NCBI RefSeq assembly: GCF_009914755.1
Contig: NC_060938.1
Origin: the human T2T-CHM13v2.0 reference genome, Homo sapiens
Strand: one strand, 5' to 3'
DNA length: 64,000 nucleotides
The notes under the pieces are model-generated. The model was not told the origin of the DNA. It ran no database searches and saw only the letters and a program-made list of their open reading frames with translations. The position numbers were made by a program, and so were the translations under genes. Each line of letters opens with the position of its first letter. Position 1 is the first letter of the stretch. Below are positions 10,485-24,151 of this stretch, piece by piece.

Positions 10485-12282
10485 AGTACCCTGTAGTTCT
10501 ATTTCCTCATCTAACAAATGGAAGCTCTTATCCCACAGATGGCTGTGTTTATAAATTAAATGCAGTCACACAGGTGAAAGGCCATTGAAATCACAAGGAA
10601 CTAGATGAGTGCAAAGTTTGATTTTGTGATTTTGACCTGGCAAATAGGAAAGCTCTAGCTAAAAGTGGCTCAATCTGTTGTTGTGTACCCTGTCTAAAAT
10701 ATAACATATGTATTATTTTACCTTCACTAAGCCTGGTGTTCCCAAGGGTCTCATAGTTGAGACGGAAGAAAATTCTTATAATGTGACATTAAGGCTCAGA
10801 AGACTGGTTTTTTCCTTTGCTTCTTCTTCTTCCCTGAGAGCTAGTAGCTGTGAAAAAACAGTGGGACTTTGCCACTACTTGTTTATTACCATTGTAGCTG
10901 ATGTATTGAGACCTCTTTCTGAGAGCAAAGGAGCTTCAGCCAAGTGTAAGTTCAACCTCTAAGGTCAATTGTTGAGGCAAAAAGAATCAGACTAAATTTG
11001 GTAGAGCTCTTTCAGAACACTGTGGCATCAAAGCAGTGCACTGCACATTTTAAGCTAAGCTTCATTGCCGAAGATATCTATACCATCTCCCTGGGGATGT
11101 TACTTGAGAAGCAAACAGTGTTCCTTCTTGTAGATAACAATCCCTTGTGACATCTTATGAGTCTCCTCTTGGGGCATATGTTTTATTCTTACTATGGTTA
11201 TTTGAAATTTGTTGAGCATCATTTGTATATGAGATGGCACTGTCCATGCATTCATTCATGCCACTGCCCTGTGAGCCTTGTCCAGGCAGGAATTGTGTCT
11301 GTTAGGCATGGCACATAGTAGATGCATAATAAGGATTTGTTTGTCTATTTATCTGATAATCATTGAGTACCTTTTTTGTGCTGTAACTAAATTTGGTGGC
11401 TCTTTTTAAGCCATGATCTCCATGCTCCAAGGCTTTGCCTTGTAGGAAGGGAGATGAGATCAGTGAGTGAATAAGTATAGCATAGGAGTACATGTGTTCA
11501 GTGGCACATACTAAATGCTCTAATTGAGTAGAGGAAACATAAATTTTAGGTGGAAGTCAGTTTTAGAGAAGGAGTGACATTTGAGGCAGTCCTTGTTGTA
11601 ATAAATCATGTGCGAATTGAGAGGAAGGGGTAGAAAAGAGAGACATAATAAAGGAGAGAAAATCCAATTGTAGCTTTGTATTGTTCTCAGCCTGTAGGAC
11701 AAAATAAGAGGAGCACCCAAAGAGTGCTATTATCTCTCTGCAGGATGTTACCTAGGCTTCTGCTGGCTTCAGAGATTTCATTGTCATTTCTGATGGAATT
11801 ATGGTAGGCATAGAGCCCTTCCTCACTGGGATTTACTCCTATTTGGATAGAATAAAGGTATAGACTATGCACTGTCTAGTGAACCCTGAAAGACTCTTAA
11901 ACACTGTTAAATCACACTACATTGGAATTGCACTCTCATCAGAAAAAGACTGCAACATTCTTGTTACCAAGGACATGGCTCAGGAATGAATGAGGCATTG
12001 GTTGCTGTGGAGTGCTCATTCAGTTTTGTAGTGCAACAGTCCTGAGCATGGAGTCTCTCCAGGACAGGATTTAGGTCTTGCCTTTAGGATTAATTTTCTC
12101 CTACACACAATTATATTGAGCTACCTCTCCATTATATACTTAGAGACAATGGAGCAATTTCCCAACCATGAATCTTCTATCTATTAATCAGGAAGGATGC
12201 CCTGAAAATTTTGAAACAAGTCTCATAAAAACACAAAGGTGTCTCTGATGACTTTATCCATGTGGAAACAAAAGAAAATAAA

Positions 12283-12284
<2 letters not shown>

Positions 12285-12319
<35 letters not shown>
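12285..12319. repeat. (CA)n microsatellite
   Basis: About 17 uninterrupted AC units. Confidence 0.95.
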
Positions 12320-12320
<1 letters not shown>

Positions 12321-14325
12321 TTTTGCTGCCCAGATAGAGAGCAGAAAGCTTCAAAAGTCTGTCAGAATCATTCTGAATAGCTTAAAAGGTAAAGGCAGTT
12401 CTGAAAAACAGTGTCAATAATAGAAATAACTATAATCAGTGATGTCAATATATCCTTATCTTAGCTAGCAGCACAAATATGCATTTAAATTCAGACCAAG
12501 TTAGAAAAAGGAAAGTTCAAAACACTAACGGAAATGATAGGCAAAGCTAGAACTTGATAAACTCCTGCCCCGTCTGTTTTCCCTGTACAGCGTGATAGTC
12601 TTTCTAAGGGACTTGGAAGTCTTCTTATTTGTCTGAGTACTTTGAACAGATCACTTTGAGTCTAACGTAGTGCTGGCATATTATTTCTTTGCATTTAATA
12701 ATTACACTTCACTTTTCTGTGGGCAGGTCTATGGAGATACTTCTCTTGTTCTTGGTATTTGTTTTTGATAAATCAGTAAACAGCAAAGGCTATGTTAGGA
12801 TTCAGCTACCTGATAAACCCCACTCACCCACTTAAACCATAGAACAGTCTTTAATTATTTCACAATCTCTTCTTCCCCTTCCTTTTCCTCTTGCTGCCTT
12901 AAAAAAATCTTCTCTTGCCATTTGTGGCTTTAAGTTGTCCTAAATGAAACAAGGTGATTTTATGTGTAATTTTCTTCAAATTAGGGACATGGCGAAGGGC
13001 CTATGCAATTTCTGCTCCAGATCATCAATATTTCTTTGTGTGTGGCACAAAATAGGTTTTGTCTTTGGGACTGTAGTTACTTCACACCTAAAAGCTAAGT
13101 TCTGGCTCCGTGATTGTGCCAAAGGGACTGGATATTACTTGTGTGCGTACTTCCTAACTTCATACCAGTGTAAAAGCCACAACAAAGCGTCCACATTGTC
13201 GTCAAACTATGATGGTTCTCTACACACCTTAGTTATCAATATGCAGTTTGTGTCCACTTAACTATCATGAAGTCAGCATCTTGTTCCTTTTCATGTTTTC
13301 ACATTTTAGTGTGTCTGTCTCATGTTTGTTCTTGTTGTATCCCCAGCTCCTAGAATGGTTCTTGGCACTTAGTGGCTCTCAGTCAATATTTGCTGAGTGA
13401 AATCACATGATTGTACATTAATAAATATCTTTCCTAAATGAATGCTTTTAGGTACTATTGACCACTTGACTTTCCTGGGATGACTAAAGAACATCTTGAC
13501 ATGGCAGTGGTTGAATCTTTCAAGAATCTTCTCTGCCTCCCCCTGAGCTATCAGATATGAGAAAAAGATTATATTAAAAGCCTCAGCAAGGCTAAGAGGA
13601 ATGATTGGAAGTTCCTCTATGAAAAATGGGTTAGAAAAGGCTATGAGGGAGACATCATAGTATAATGAAAAGAATACTGGGCTTCAGATCAGAAAATCTG
13701 CTTAAGAATGCTAGCTTTATCACTGGCTATATAATAAGACCACTGATCTTACTCCAGTCTCAGTTTTCTAACCCATAACAAGGAGATAATAAAACTTCTG
13801 TTGCATTCTTAAGAAAAAAATGAAATGATGTACATAAAAGTGAAATCATACAGCATTGCAAAATACAATGTTTTTGCTTATAATAATTATTAAGGATTAT
13901 ATATTGCATTGTATAAAATAGTTTACAAATAGAAATGTAAGTGTAAGTGAATATCCATTAACACATGGAATCTCTATATTTCTCATATTAGCAAATCATT
14001 GTCAGGAAAAAAAACCCCATCATTCTGAGGTTTGCCCTACATAAATTCTATCATAATGCAAAAATAGGGATAACTCATCCCACCTGCCCTCAATGATGAC
14101 TTTGTTTTTTGCCTTTGGTCATTTATTTGACACTATGTTTTCCTTTATTAAAATGTGAATTCCATGAGAACAGAGGTCCTATTTGCTTACAAATATTTCC
14201 CCAGCACCTAGAGTGGACCCTGACATTAAAAAAAATGCACTCAATAAGTATGTCTGGAATAAATAAATAAATGAATATGATAACCTCATGGAGCTCTGAA
14301 ATCTGGTGGAGTTTAGATGAGCAAT

Positions 14326-14686
14326 GTGTAAGTCCAGACAGCTATTAAAAAGTATCATAGGCTGAGTGGCTTATAAACAACAGAAATTTATTTGTCACTG
14401 TTCTGGAGGCTGGAAGTCTAAGAACAGTGTGCCAGCCTGGTCAGGTTCTGGTGAGGGCCCTCTTCTGGGTTGCAAATTGCTGTTTTCTTATTGTGTTCTC
14501 ACATGGAAAAAAGAGGATAAGAGTTCTCTAGGGTCCCTTTTATAAGGGCACCAATCCCACTCATGAGGGACCTTCATGACCTGACCTTCATGACCTCCCA
14601 GAGGCCCCACCTCCTAAAACTGTCACATTGTGGGTTAGAATTTCCATAAATGAACTTTGGAGAACACAAACATTCAGTGCATAGCA
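14326..14686 (-). mobile_element. MLT1A-like MaLR LTR
   Basis: ggcttataaacaacagaaatttatt...ttctggaggctggaagtc...aacattcagtgcatagca. Confidence 0.8.
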
Positions 14687-15337
14687 AACAATATATCCCC
14701 CAAACCTATAATATGCCAAGGACTGTGCTAAAATACAAATATGAGTCAAACATGTTTCCTGCTTTAGAGGAACTCACATTAGTGGGGAGAGGCAGACACA
14801 CGCATAAATGCAATAAATAGCAGTTAATGCACAACATGAGGCATTCTTAGTTACAATGTGGCTGCTGAGGAGAAGGACCTAATACATCCTGGGGTTCAGG
14901 GAGCATCCCAAGGTGAGGTGCTTGAAGCCAAGTAGAAGTGAGCATGGAAGCATGGGGAAAGAGGTGCTCCAGGATGAGGGGCAGGGTGAGCAAAGGCATG
15001 GAGGTAGAGCATGTTCTGGTGTCTGGGTGAAGAACTTACAAACAGCTTGCTAATTTCAAGGCCCAAATTATAAGACTGGGAGCTTTGGACTGGTAGCTGC
15101 GGTTAGGTAGGGACCATTTCATAGAGGCCTTTATTTCATGCTATACCCTTGGACTTTGTTCTCTAGGTAACGGGGGAGCCATTGAAGGACCTTATGCAGC
15201 AGAACATGGTCAGATTGGCATCTTACCCATCAGGCCTTCATTCTTTGAGGAGTAATGTTAATTCATCTACCACTTTCCCCTGATGTATGTTTTTGTCCTA
15301 GGAAGTTGAAGATCAGGGATAGAAATGGTGGTCCCTC

Positions 15338-15880
<543 letters not shown>

Positions 15881-17555
15881 TCAGGCTACTCAAGCCCATC
15901 ACAGTTTCCTCCCACGTGTTGGACCTTCTGTGTAGTTTGATTTGGTTATTTCCACACCATCCTCTTTTCTCCTCAATCTGACACTCCTCCATTTTCCCAA
16001 GTGGAGAAGCGAAAGTGCCACTGAGACCTCTGGGACAGACTGGACTCTCTCATCTCTCTTTTCTCATGGCATCTCTAATGGGGAGGAAGGAAAAGCAGGA
16101 GAATTGGGAGAATAGAACACATATTTAAAGGAAAAAGGATTGGATAGAACATCATTGTGCACATTACATTCCACATCCCTTTGTGATTATTAGCCATTTA
16201 AAACCGAATGGAGTTTTGCAGCCAGAGATAGTCTCTGAACAGATGATTAATGGCTTAATCTGTAATAACTTTACATTTTATAGAACCCTGATAGGCGTCC
16301 ACATCTGGTGAGCCAAGCTATTTAAGGCTGTGTTAATTCTGTTAATTGCTATACGTTTATTTGAATTGCTGGCACCTGCGGGCTTTGGGATAATGTGTTT
16401 GTTGTTGCTTTTTTTCTTCTTTAAAAAAAATACTCATTTTATTTTACCCTGTCTTGCTTGCTGTCTCTTGTTGCTATCTCTCATGCTATCACTTAATTTC
16501 TTCTCTGGATTTTCTTTTGGGTTGTCCTCTTTCTTCCTTACTCATTTTCCTCCCTCTTCCCCATCTCCGTTCCGTTTTTCTCTAATTCGTTTGTTTCCCA
16601 AGCTGTTGTTTTGGTAGCCTTCCTGATTTCTCAGGTGGTGATAATGTCTCTGTCCATAAGCAGGTGAATTTAGGTCATAGCTTTGGGCCTAAATATTCCT
16701 TTTTCCTGTCATGAAGACTACTGTGCAGCGTAGGGCTAGTAAAACCCAAGTGAGGCTTTTAGAATCAACATGAGACATGAGAAGAGGGTGGGCTTCAGCA
16801 GCACAAGCCCAGGGTTTGAGTCTTGCCTAGACTCATTCCTTGCTAGTTGCATGGCTTTTAGCAAGCCGCATGACTGTTCTGAGCCTCGGTTTCTTCATCT
16901 ATAAAGACAGAGACTAATACTGATTTCATGTATTTTTATGTAGGGAGCAAATGGGATTAGACAAATGGAGGTGTTTTATAAAATACAAAACACTATACAA
17001 AGGTTAATGAAGTTGTTATTTATGTTATTAATTGAAACAAAATCAATTAGTTCAGGCCAAAGAACCACTTACTGCTCTTCACCATTTCTGCAATTAAAAA
17101 CCTGCAGAAGTTAGGAGAGTCCAATGTAGTTTAATTAAAAAGGCCTGATACTGGGTTCAGTTCTAATGTTAATTAGAAAATTATACAACTTCTCTGGATA
17201 TCCTTGTCTTGATCTGTAAAATGAGGATAGTAATCCCTGCTAATCCAAATGCACACTACTGTAGAGACCTTCTTGTAAATGTAGCATAGAACACACATTA
17301 TTGCTTTGGGTAGCAAGGTAAACATCTTGCTGTACATCTTTATTCCATTAAGGAAGATGTACGGAAAAGCACTCTGTGGGTTTGGAGATAAGAGCGTCTT
17401 GACAGAATGGGAGAACCAACACAAAAGGTGACCAGAAGAAATAAGAGTTGAGCAAGGTGGAAAGAAGTGAAGATGCAAATCAGAGGAAATGGAGGAACGT
17501 GGCAGAAGAAGAAAACAAAAAGCAATTACGGCATCTCAGGAGCTAACTATTGGCT

Positions 17556-17930
17556 TGTCATGGGCTGAGTGATGTCCTCTGCAAATTCATATGTTGAAGT
17601 TCTAACCTTTAGTTTGTGACTGTTTTTGAAGATAGGGCTTTTTAAGAAGTAATTGAGATCAAATGAGGTCATATGGATAGGCCCTCAAACAATATGATTG
17701 GTGTCGTTATAAGAAGGAGTGATAAGGACATGGATATACAAAGGAAAGACCATGTGAAGACAGAGGGAGAAGATAGCCATCTACAAGCTAAGAACAGAGG
17801 CTTCAGAAGAAACCAACCTTGCTGAAACCTTGAACTTGGACTTCTAGCCTCCTGGAGTGTGAGAAAATAAGTTTCGGTAAAGTCAACCAGTCTGTGGTAT
17901 TTTGTTATGGCAGCTCTAGTAAATTATAGA
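17556..17930 (+). mobile_element. MLT1B-like MaLR LTR
   Basis: aaattcatatgttgaagttctaacc...ttggacttctagcctc...gtattttgttatggcagc. Confidence 0.8.
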
Positions 17931-17972
17931 GCTTTTTTATGGGTTGACCATAAAAAAAAGATGGCCATTTTT

Positions 17973-18266
17973 GGCTGGGCATGGTAGTTCACGCCCATAA
18001 TTTTAGCACTTTAGGAGGCTGAGGTGGGAGGATTGCTTGAGTCCAGGAGTTGGAGACCAGCCTGGTAAACTTAAGGAGACTGTGTGTGTACAAAAAACAT
18101 AAAAAAATTTAGCTGGGCATGGTGGCACACGCCTGTGGTCCCAGGTATTTTGGAGGGAGGTGGGAGGATCACTTGGACCCGGGAGGTTGAGGCTGCAGTG
18201 AGCCAAGATGGTGCCACTGCACTCTAGTCTGGGCAACAGAGCGAGACTCTGTCTCAGAAAACAAAA
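17973..18266 (+). mobile_element. Alu (AluJ-like)
   Basis: ggaggattgcttgag and gaggctgcagtgagc (J diagnostics), diverged dimer. Confidence 0.92.
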
Positions 18267-18826
18267 CTGCCATTTTTTGTGTGTGAGGACAAAAAAAAAA
18301 AAAAAAAAGTCAAATATTGGCAATGTCGGGTGATTCAATTTCAGAAAGAAATGTTTGTAAAGAGGATAAATTGAATCTTCTGGAAAAGAGATGACTTTCT
18401 GGATTACAAGGAATTGAAGTGGGCAGGAAAGAGAGAGAGAAAGAAAGAGAGAAATTGGCAATGTCAGTCGATTAGAGATTCCCATTCCCCTGGCTGTGGT
18501 TGTTTTCTTTATAGGTGGACTCCTAATGCAGTTTGGACCCATAACATACAGAGGCACAGAGGAAGAAGGAGCGAAACCCTCAGCTACTGGGGACAGGGAT
18601 ACATTTGAGGCTTATTTCAGTAGGAACCAGGTGTGAACATTTAGCCAAGCGTGGCTGTAAAAAAGTGGTATGGGCCTAAGGAAGAGTGAGGAGCACTGAG
18701 GTCTCAAAGATCTTTGGTGTTTCGGTGCTGTGACAGACAGAGAGTAGTTCTTCAGTTAGTGCCACAATAAAATTACTAAAGAAGGATTTGCTGCTTACAG
18801 TTGATGGGTTGTTGATGAAGAAGTAG

Positions 18827-18830
<4 letters not shown>

Positions 18831-18856
<26 letters not shown>
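18831..18856. repeat. (AT)n microsatellite
   Basis: About 13 AT units. Confidence 0.9.
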
Positions 18857-18857
<1 letters not shown>

Positions 18858-18949
18858 TGGCAACTGGGTATTCATTCTGCCTTCATCTGATACATGTTTC
18901 TTGATTTTTATTCCCCTCATTCTCAATCCAATGATTCAGTGGCACCTGC

Positions 18950-19407
18950 TCCACTCCCAGCTCCGTTAGTGAGCATGTGATCCCTAAATCAATTAGAGAC
19001 TCCTAATTAGAGACTCCTATTCACCTGGTCATGGTTTCTTTCTTCATAGGTGAGCTCCTAAACCAATTTGGATCCATAACATACAGGCTCAGAAGTTTTG
19101 TCTATATGTTGTAGGGAAACAGCTCTCTCCTGCTTTGGGCTAGAACTTGGAGTGGTGTTAAACTAAGCTTCTGGCCACTATCTTGCCACCATAGTGACCA
19201 AAAAGGAAGCCAGGATAGAGAAAATCAGAGCCAAAAGATGGGAAGAAACTAGGCCTTAGTGACATTTTTGAAGGCCCTGGTTTAAACAGTTTTCAAATTA
19301 GACTACCCCTTAATTTCCACTTATGGTTGAATAATGTACCTCTGTTGCCTAAACCTGTTGTGGCTCTATTTTCTATCATTTGCAGCAGGAAGCCCTAGGT
19401 GATGTAG
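18950..19407 (+). mobile_element. Old MLT1 (J/K-like) LTR remnant
   Basis: 3' end ttctatcatttgcagcaggaagccctaggtgatgta resembles the MLT1 terminus. Heavily diverged. Confidence 0.45.
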
Positions 19408-20446
19408 CAGAATTCCTCATGTTCCTATTTTACTCCTGTTTTTTGCTAACAAAAAGATAGGTCCTTGGACAGGGAAAGACAGACAAAAGTAGGAAATGTA
19501 ATACTGGAGGATCTTAGAAATCAGATAATTTGCTCTGTATTAATTCAAATTTCCTGCCTCAGATGAATGCTATCCCAGGATACAGAGAGAATTTGTAAAT
19601 ACAATTTTTGAAACCTAGTTGGTGGTTTTTGAGGAACGCTAGTGAATAAAGAAGGTTCCTAAAGACTAGACAATTGAAAAATGTAGATAATGCAAACAAT
19701 GAACTTATGAGTTGAACTGAAATCTGGATAACATTTTGGAGTGCATTATTAACAGAATGTATGAGCCCATAGCAGAGAAAAGAGTGATCAATATAACTGC
19801 CATCACTAATTAAGAGCACTAAGAAAAAGCTATATCATATCAACCAAATTCACATACTCATTCAGTAGTATTACCGATGATTCAGAAAAGTACTATGGAC
19901 CTCATCTAGCTAAATAGCAGCAAAGTTTTTGAAGACACATTTTGTGATATTCTCATTAATAAGATGAGCAATAGGGTTTAGATGCAAGAGCTATCAAGCT
20001 ATTAAAATACCAATGGGCCCTGATTAAGTGGATTTTTTTGGCCTATATGAAAGTTTTTGTAAGATGGCACAAAGCTCTGTCTTATATTAAGGACTTGAAG
20101 AGACATAAGAGAACATGGCTTGTTAACTTTGTGGATGGCAGGGACAGAAAATGGTAGAAATTGTGCATCTGTGTTATCTGAGGTTGAATTAATAGAGGTC
20201 TGACCTGTGCAACAAAGGAGGTAACAGTTCTGCAGTATAATTTATTGGTTAAGAAAGCAGGCTCTGGAGTTAGAGTTTCTGGCTGCAAAGCCTAACTCTA
20301 CTCCCAGTAGCTGTATGATGCTGGATAACATACCTAACCTTCTGTTACTTATTAAATGGGAACAATAATTATACCTACTTGATAGGGCTGTTGTATTGAG
20401 ATCATGCATGTAAAATAGCTGACATGTAGAAAATGTTCAGCAAATG

Positions 20447-20751
20447 TTATTTATTTTTTTTCTGAGACAGTTTTTTTTTTTTTTTCTGAGACAGTGTCTT
20501 GCTCTGTCGTCCAGGCTGGAGTGCAGTGGTGCAATCTCGGCTCACTGCACCCTCCACCAATTCTCATGCCTCAGTCTCCGAAGTAGCTGGGATTACAGGC
20601 ATGTGCCACCACACCCAGCTAATTTTTGTATTTTTAGTAGAGAAGGGGTTTCACCATGTTGGCCAGGCTCATCTCAAACTCCTTCAAGCGATCCATCCAC
20701 CTCGGCCTCCCAGAGTGCTGGGATTACAGGCATAAGCCACTGCGCCAGGCC
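20447..20751 (-). mobile_element. Alu (AluS) with internal deletion and locally duplicated tail
   Basis: Reverse-strand Alu. tttttctgagacag occurs twice at the tail. Confidence 0.93.
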
Positions 20752-23700
20752 CAGAATAAGCTTTTAACATGACAACTAATTGACAGATTAGAATATCTTT
20801 AGAGCTGAGCTGTAAAAAAAAAAATACCCAAAAAACTAAGGCATTCAAGATCCTAACAACGTTAAGAAGGCTTAACTAATAGAACCAGGGTCATTTAACC
20901 TGAGAAAGTGAAGATGCCTGTGCCCAAGGTTTGAGAGTCGTCTTCATACATGAAGGACTGTCCTATGGAAGTGGAAGAAAATGTGGCCCATATATCCTTA
21001 AGAAGAGAAACTAAGTCTAGTGAGTGGAAGCTGGGTACTTAACATAAGGAAGAACTTTCAGTAAGAGCTGTCCAAAACTGCCTTCAAAGTAATGAGTTCT
21101 CCAACACTCAAGGCATCCAAGTAGAGACTGGGCAACCATTTTGCTGAGGTTATCGAGGGGATTCTGGAATCATATGAGTGGTTTTGATTTTATAGATAGA
21201 TCTATAGATAGATTGATTTTATATGATAGATCTATAGTTCTACGATGAATGACCTATCTGCAAAGAAAGAATAAGGCTAACTGATTAGCTCAGGTTCATC
21301 ATGTGGAAGACTTTCCTCATTAATCTCCAAATCAGTTGGCTTTACATGTCCCACAAACATTTATTGGGTTGCCCTTGTGGTAAGAGTTGAGGTTCCCAGC
21401 CACTATCATCACCTATTACTCACTTACAAGAATTTATCTTTACTCAGTCCTTTACTTGATCATCTCGAAAACCGTTACAACCACAGCAATTATAATCATA
21501 GCAGCAACAATAAAGACTAGCAATTATTGAACACTTAATGTGAACACATGTGAAATGTGTGTCTACATGGTGCTATGTACTTCAGACTTATTCCCTACTT
21601 ATTTCCTAATTTAGTTCTCACAAAAAAGCTTATGAGCTGGATTCTATGATCATTACTAACTTGAATTTAAAGAGAGCGAGTGTCTTTCCCACTTACATCA
21701 TTCTAAGTGTTGGAGTTGAGATGTAAATACTGTCAACATCCTGATTTTGCTGCCCTTTCTACCAATTCAGTCATAAGAGTTAGTGACGAAGAAAAGGAAG
21801 CTCCTCTGGAAAAGGTTGGTGATTCTGTGTTTAAACTTACTGTAAGGAATTGTCTCTCACTACCGCTTAGAGTCTCTACTTCATAGGAAAGGTCATTTAA
21901 TCAGGCAAAAATGTTCTGTTGGGAGACTAGATACAATTACCTATTTCTTTCACCTTGCCATTGATTGTTCTGAGAGGAAGGCAGTTTTTGCTTGATTTCC
22001 CACTTTGGGCAAATTGATATTGCTCAACCTGCTAACGGAGGAATGATTTTCATTATGGTACCTGAGAGGGAAGATGCTGCTCTTAGTATAAATGCCAAGC
22101 AGTGCAATAGTTTCGTCTTGAGATGGGCAGCACATTGTTTCTTTTTGTTCCAGCCTAATATTTTCCATGAAGTTGGAGCTATTTGCCTTTAATGCCTTCA
22201 AAACACCCAAATAAGGAGCAGCTACTATTTAGACTTATTATGAATTTTCAGTCTGATTTTGGGAATCACTTACTTAGCTTTGCATTTTTTTTTCTTTTTT
22301 GCTCGTCAAGATAAATTCAGTGGAACTCATTGCTTTCTAAAAATGTCACTTATTTACAGCAAATGTAATCTACCACAACATTCCTACTGAGACAAAATCT
22401 CTTGTGTCTTTGAAAGCCTCAAAGGAGATTAAAAAAACACTAGTCCTTGTACACATATACCTACAGGGATAAAGCAATCATTGAGCTAATTAATTAGCTT
22501 ATGTTTTCAAAAATTGTTTTGCAAATGCAGAAACGACTATTCCATTAGTGTTGCGGTGCTTTTGTAACCTTGTGTTCTGTTCCTCATGTGGAGAGTGTGC
22601 CACAAATAGTTCCTGCATAGATTTCAAGAGAGATACAAGGACACATTTTTCACTTCTCAAATCAGTGAAGATGCAGCTTAGGGCAGCAACACTGCACACC
22701 AATTATCAACCAATAAAATTCTCCTCCTTCCCTCTCCCTTAGCTTTTCCCTCACCACCCAATATCAGCAGATGTTCTATCTCATACTTTGTAGGGAAAAT
22801 AGAAATTGTTCAGGTAATGCTTGCTAAGCTTCTCTCTCTCCACCTTAAGACTTACCTTCAAAGATTCTCATTGCTACCTTCTTCCCCTCATCTTACAGAA
22901 TGAACTTTCCCCTCCTCTCTTGCCTCTTTTGAGATTTAGCCCCTTTAAAGATTCCCTCTCTTAATCTTCGATCTCCCATTCTCCTCTGCTCCATCCCTTC
23001 AGCTAGAGACATACTCAAAATCACTTCTTTGATACTGTCTCCTGCTCAATTTACACCTAAGCTCATTCCCCACTTTCAATGAAAAAGTTCTTGGGAGAAT
23101 GGTACATATTTCTGATGTCCCCTACTTCATGGTTACTCTTTAACCCTCTACATTTGCATGTCAGACTCTGAACTCTAGGATCCTTAGCACTTTAGTGGAA
23201 TTGTTTTCTTGTTTTACCCTGCTTAAGTTAGAAGTACTTTATTATATGCTCCTATAGCTCTCAGTTCAAAACTTCAATGCATTGCAATTGTTATTATAGT
23301 CCTCATCACATTGCACTTTAACATGCACTGTGTTCATATGTTTCCTCAATAGACTGAGCTTCTAAGAGACAAGAACAAAGATTTATGTAGATTGCATATT
23401 CCCTCTGAAGTTAAACATAGGTCCTGACACATGAATAGATGGGAAATATTCTTCAATAAATTAATAAGTATTTGTGAACATCAGTGATAGAATTATTGTT
23501 CCAAAGGTCCAATTTCTGCTTATATTCATTTTGTCAACAGCATGCCACTCATTTACTTATTCATGAATGCAGTAAATATTCATGGAATGCCTACTCTGTC
23601 ATAAAATCTGTTCAAAGAGTGGGAGTGTGTGGTGAATGACAGCATGTATAAAGTCTATGACCCTATGGAATTCACATTACGGTTGAAGGAGACTAAGAAT

Positions 23701-23774
23701 AAATGCAAAACAGATAATTCAGATACTTTCAGATAATGATAAGTGGCATGAAGGAAATGAAAGAGAATAATGGG

Positions 23775-24151
23775 TGTATTAGTCCATTCTCACACTGCTA
23801 ATAAAGATATACCTGAGACTGGGTAATTTATAAAGGAAACAGGTTTCATTGACTCACAATTCAGCATGGCTGAGGAGGCCTCAGGAAACTTACCATCGTG
23901 GTGGAAGGGGAAGCAAACATGTCCTTCTTAACATGGCAGCAGCAAGGAGAAGTGCCAAGCAAAGGAGGGAAAAAGCCCCTTATAAAACCATCAGATCTTG
24001 TGAGAACTTACTTAGTATCATGAGAACAGCATAAGGGTAACCACCGTCATGATTCAATTACCTCCCACCGGGTTCCTCTCATGACACGTGGGGATTATGG
24101 GAACTACAATTCAAGGTGAGACTTGGGTGGGGACACAGCCAAACTGAATCA
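23775..24151 (-). mobile_element. THE1D-like MaLR solo LTR
   Basis: tgtattagtccattctcacactgcta...ggaagcaaacatgtccttc...aaaagccccttataaaaccatcagatc...ggggacacagccaaac. Confidence 0.9.
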
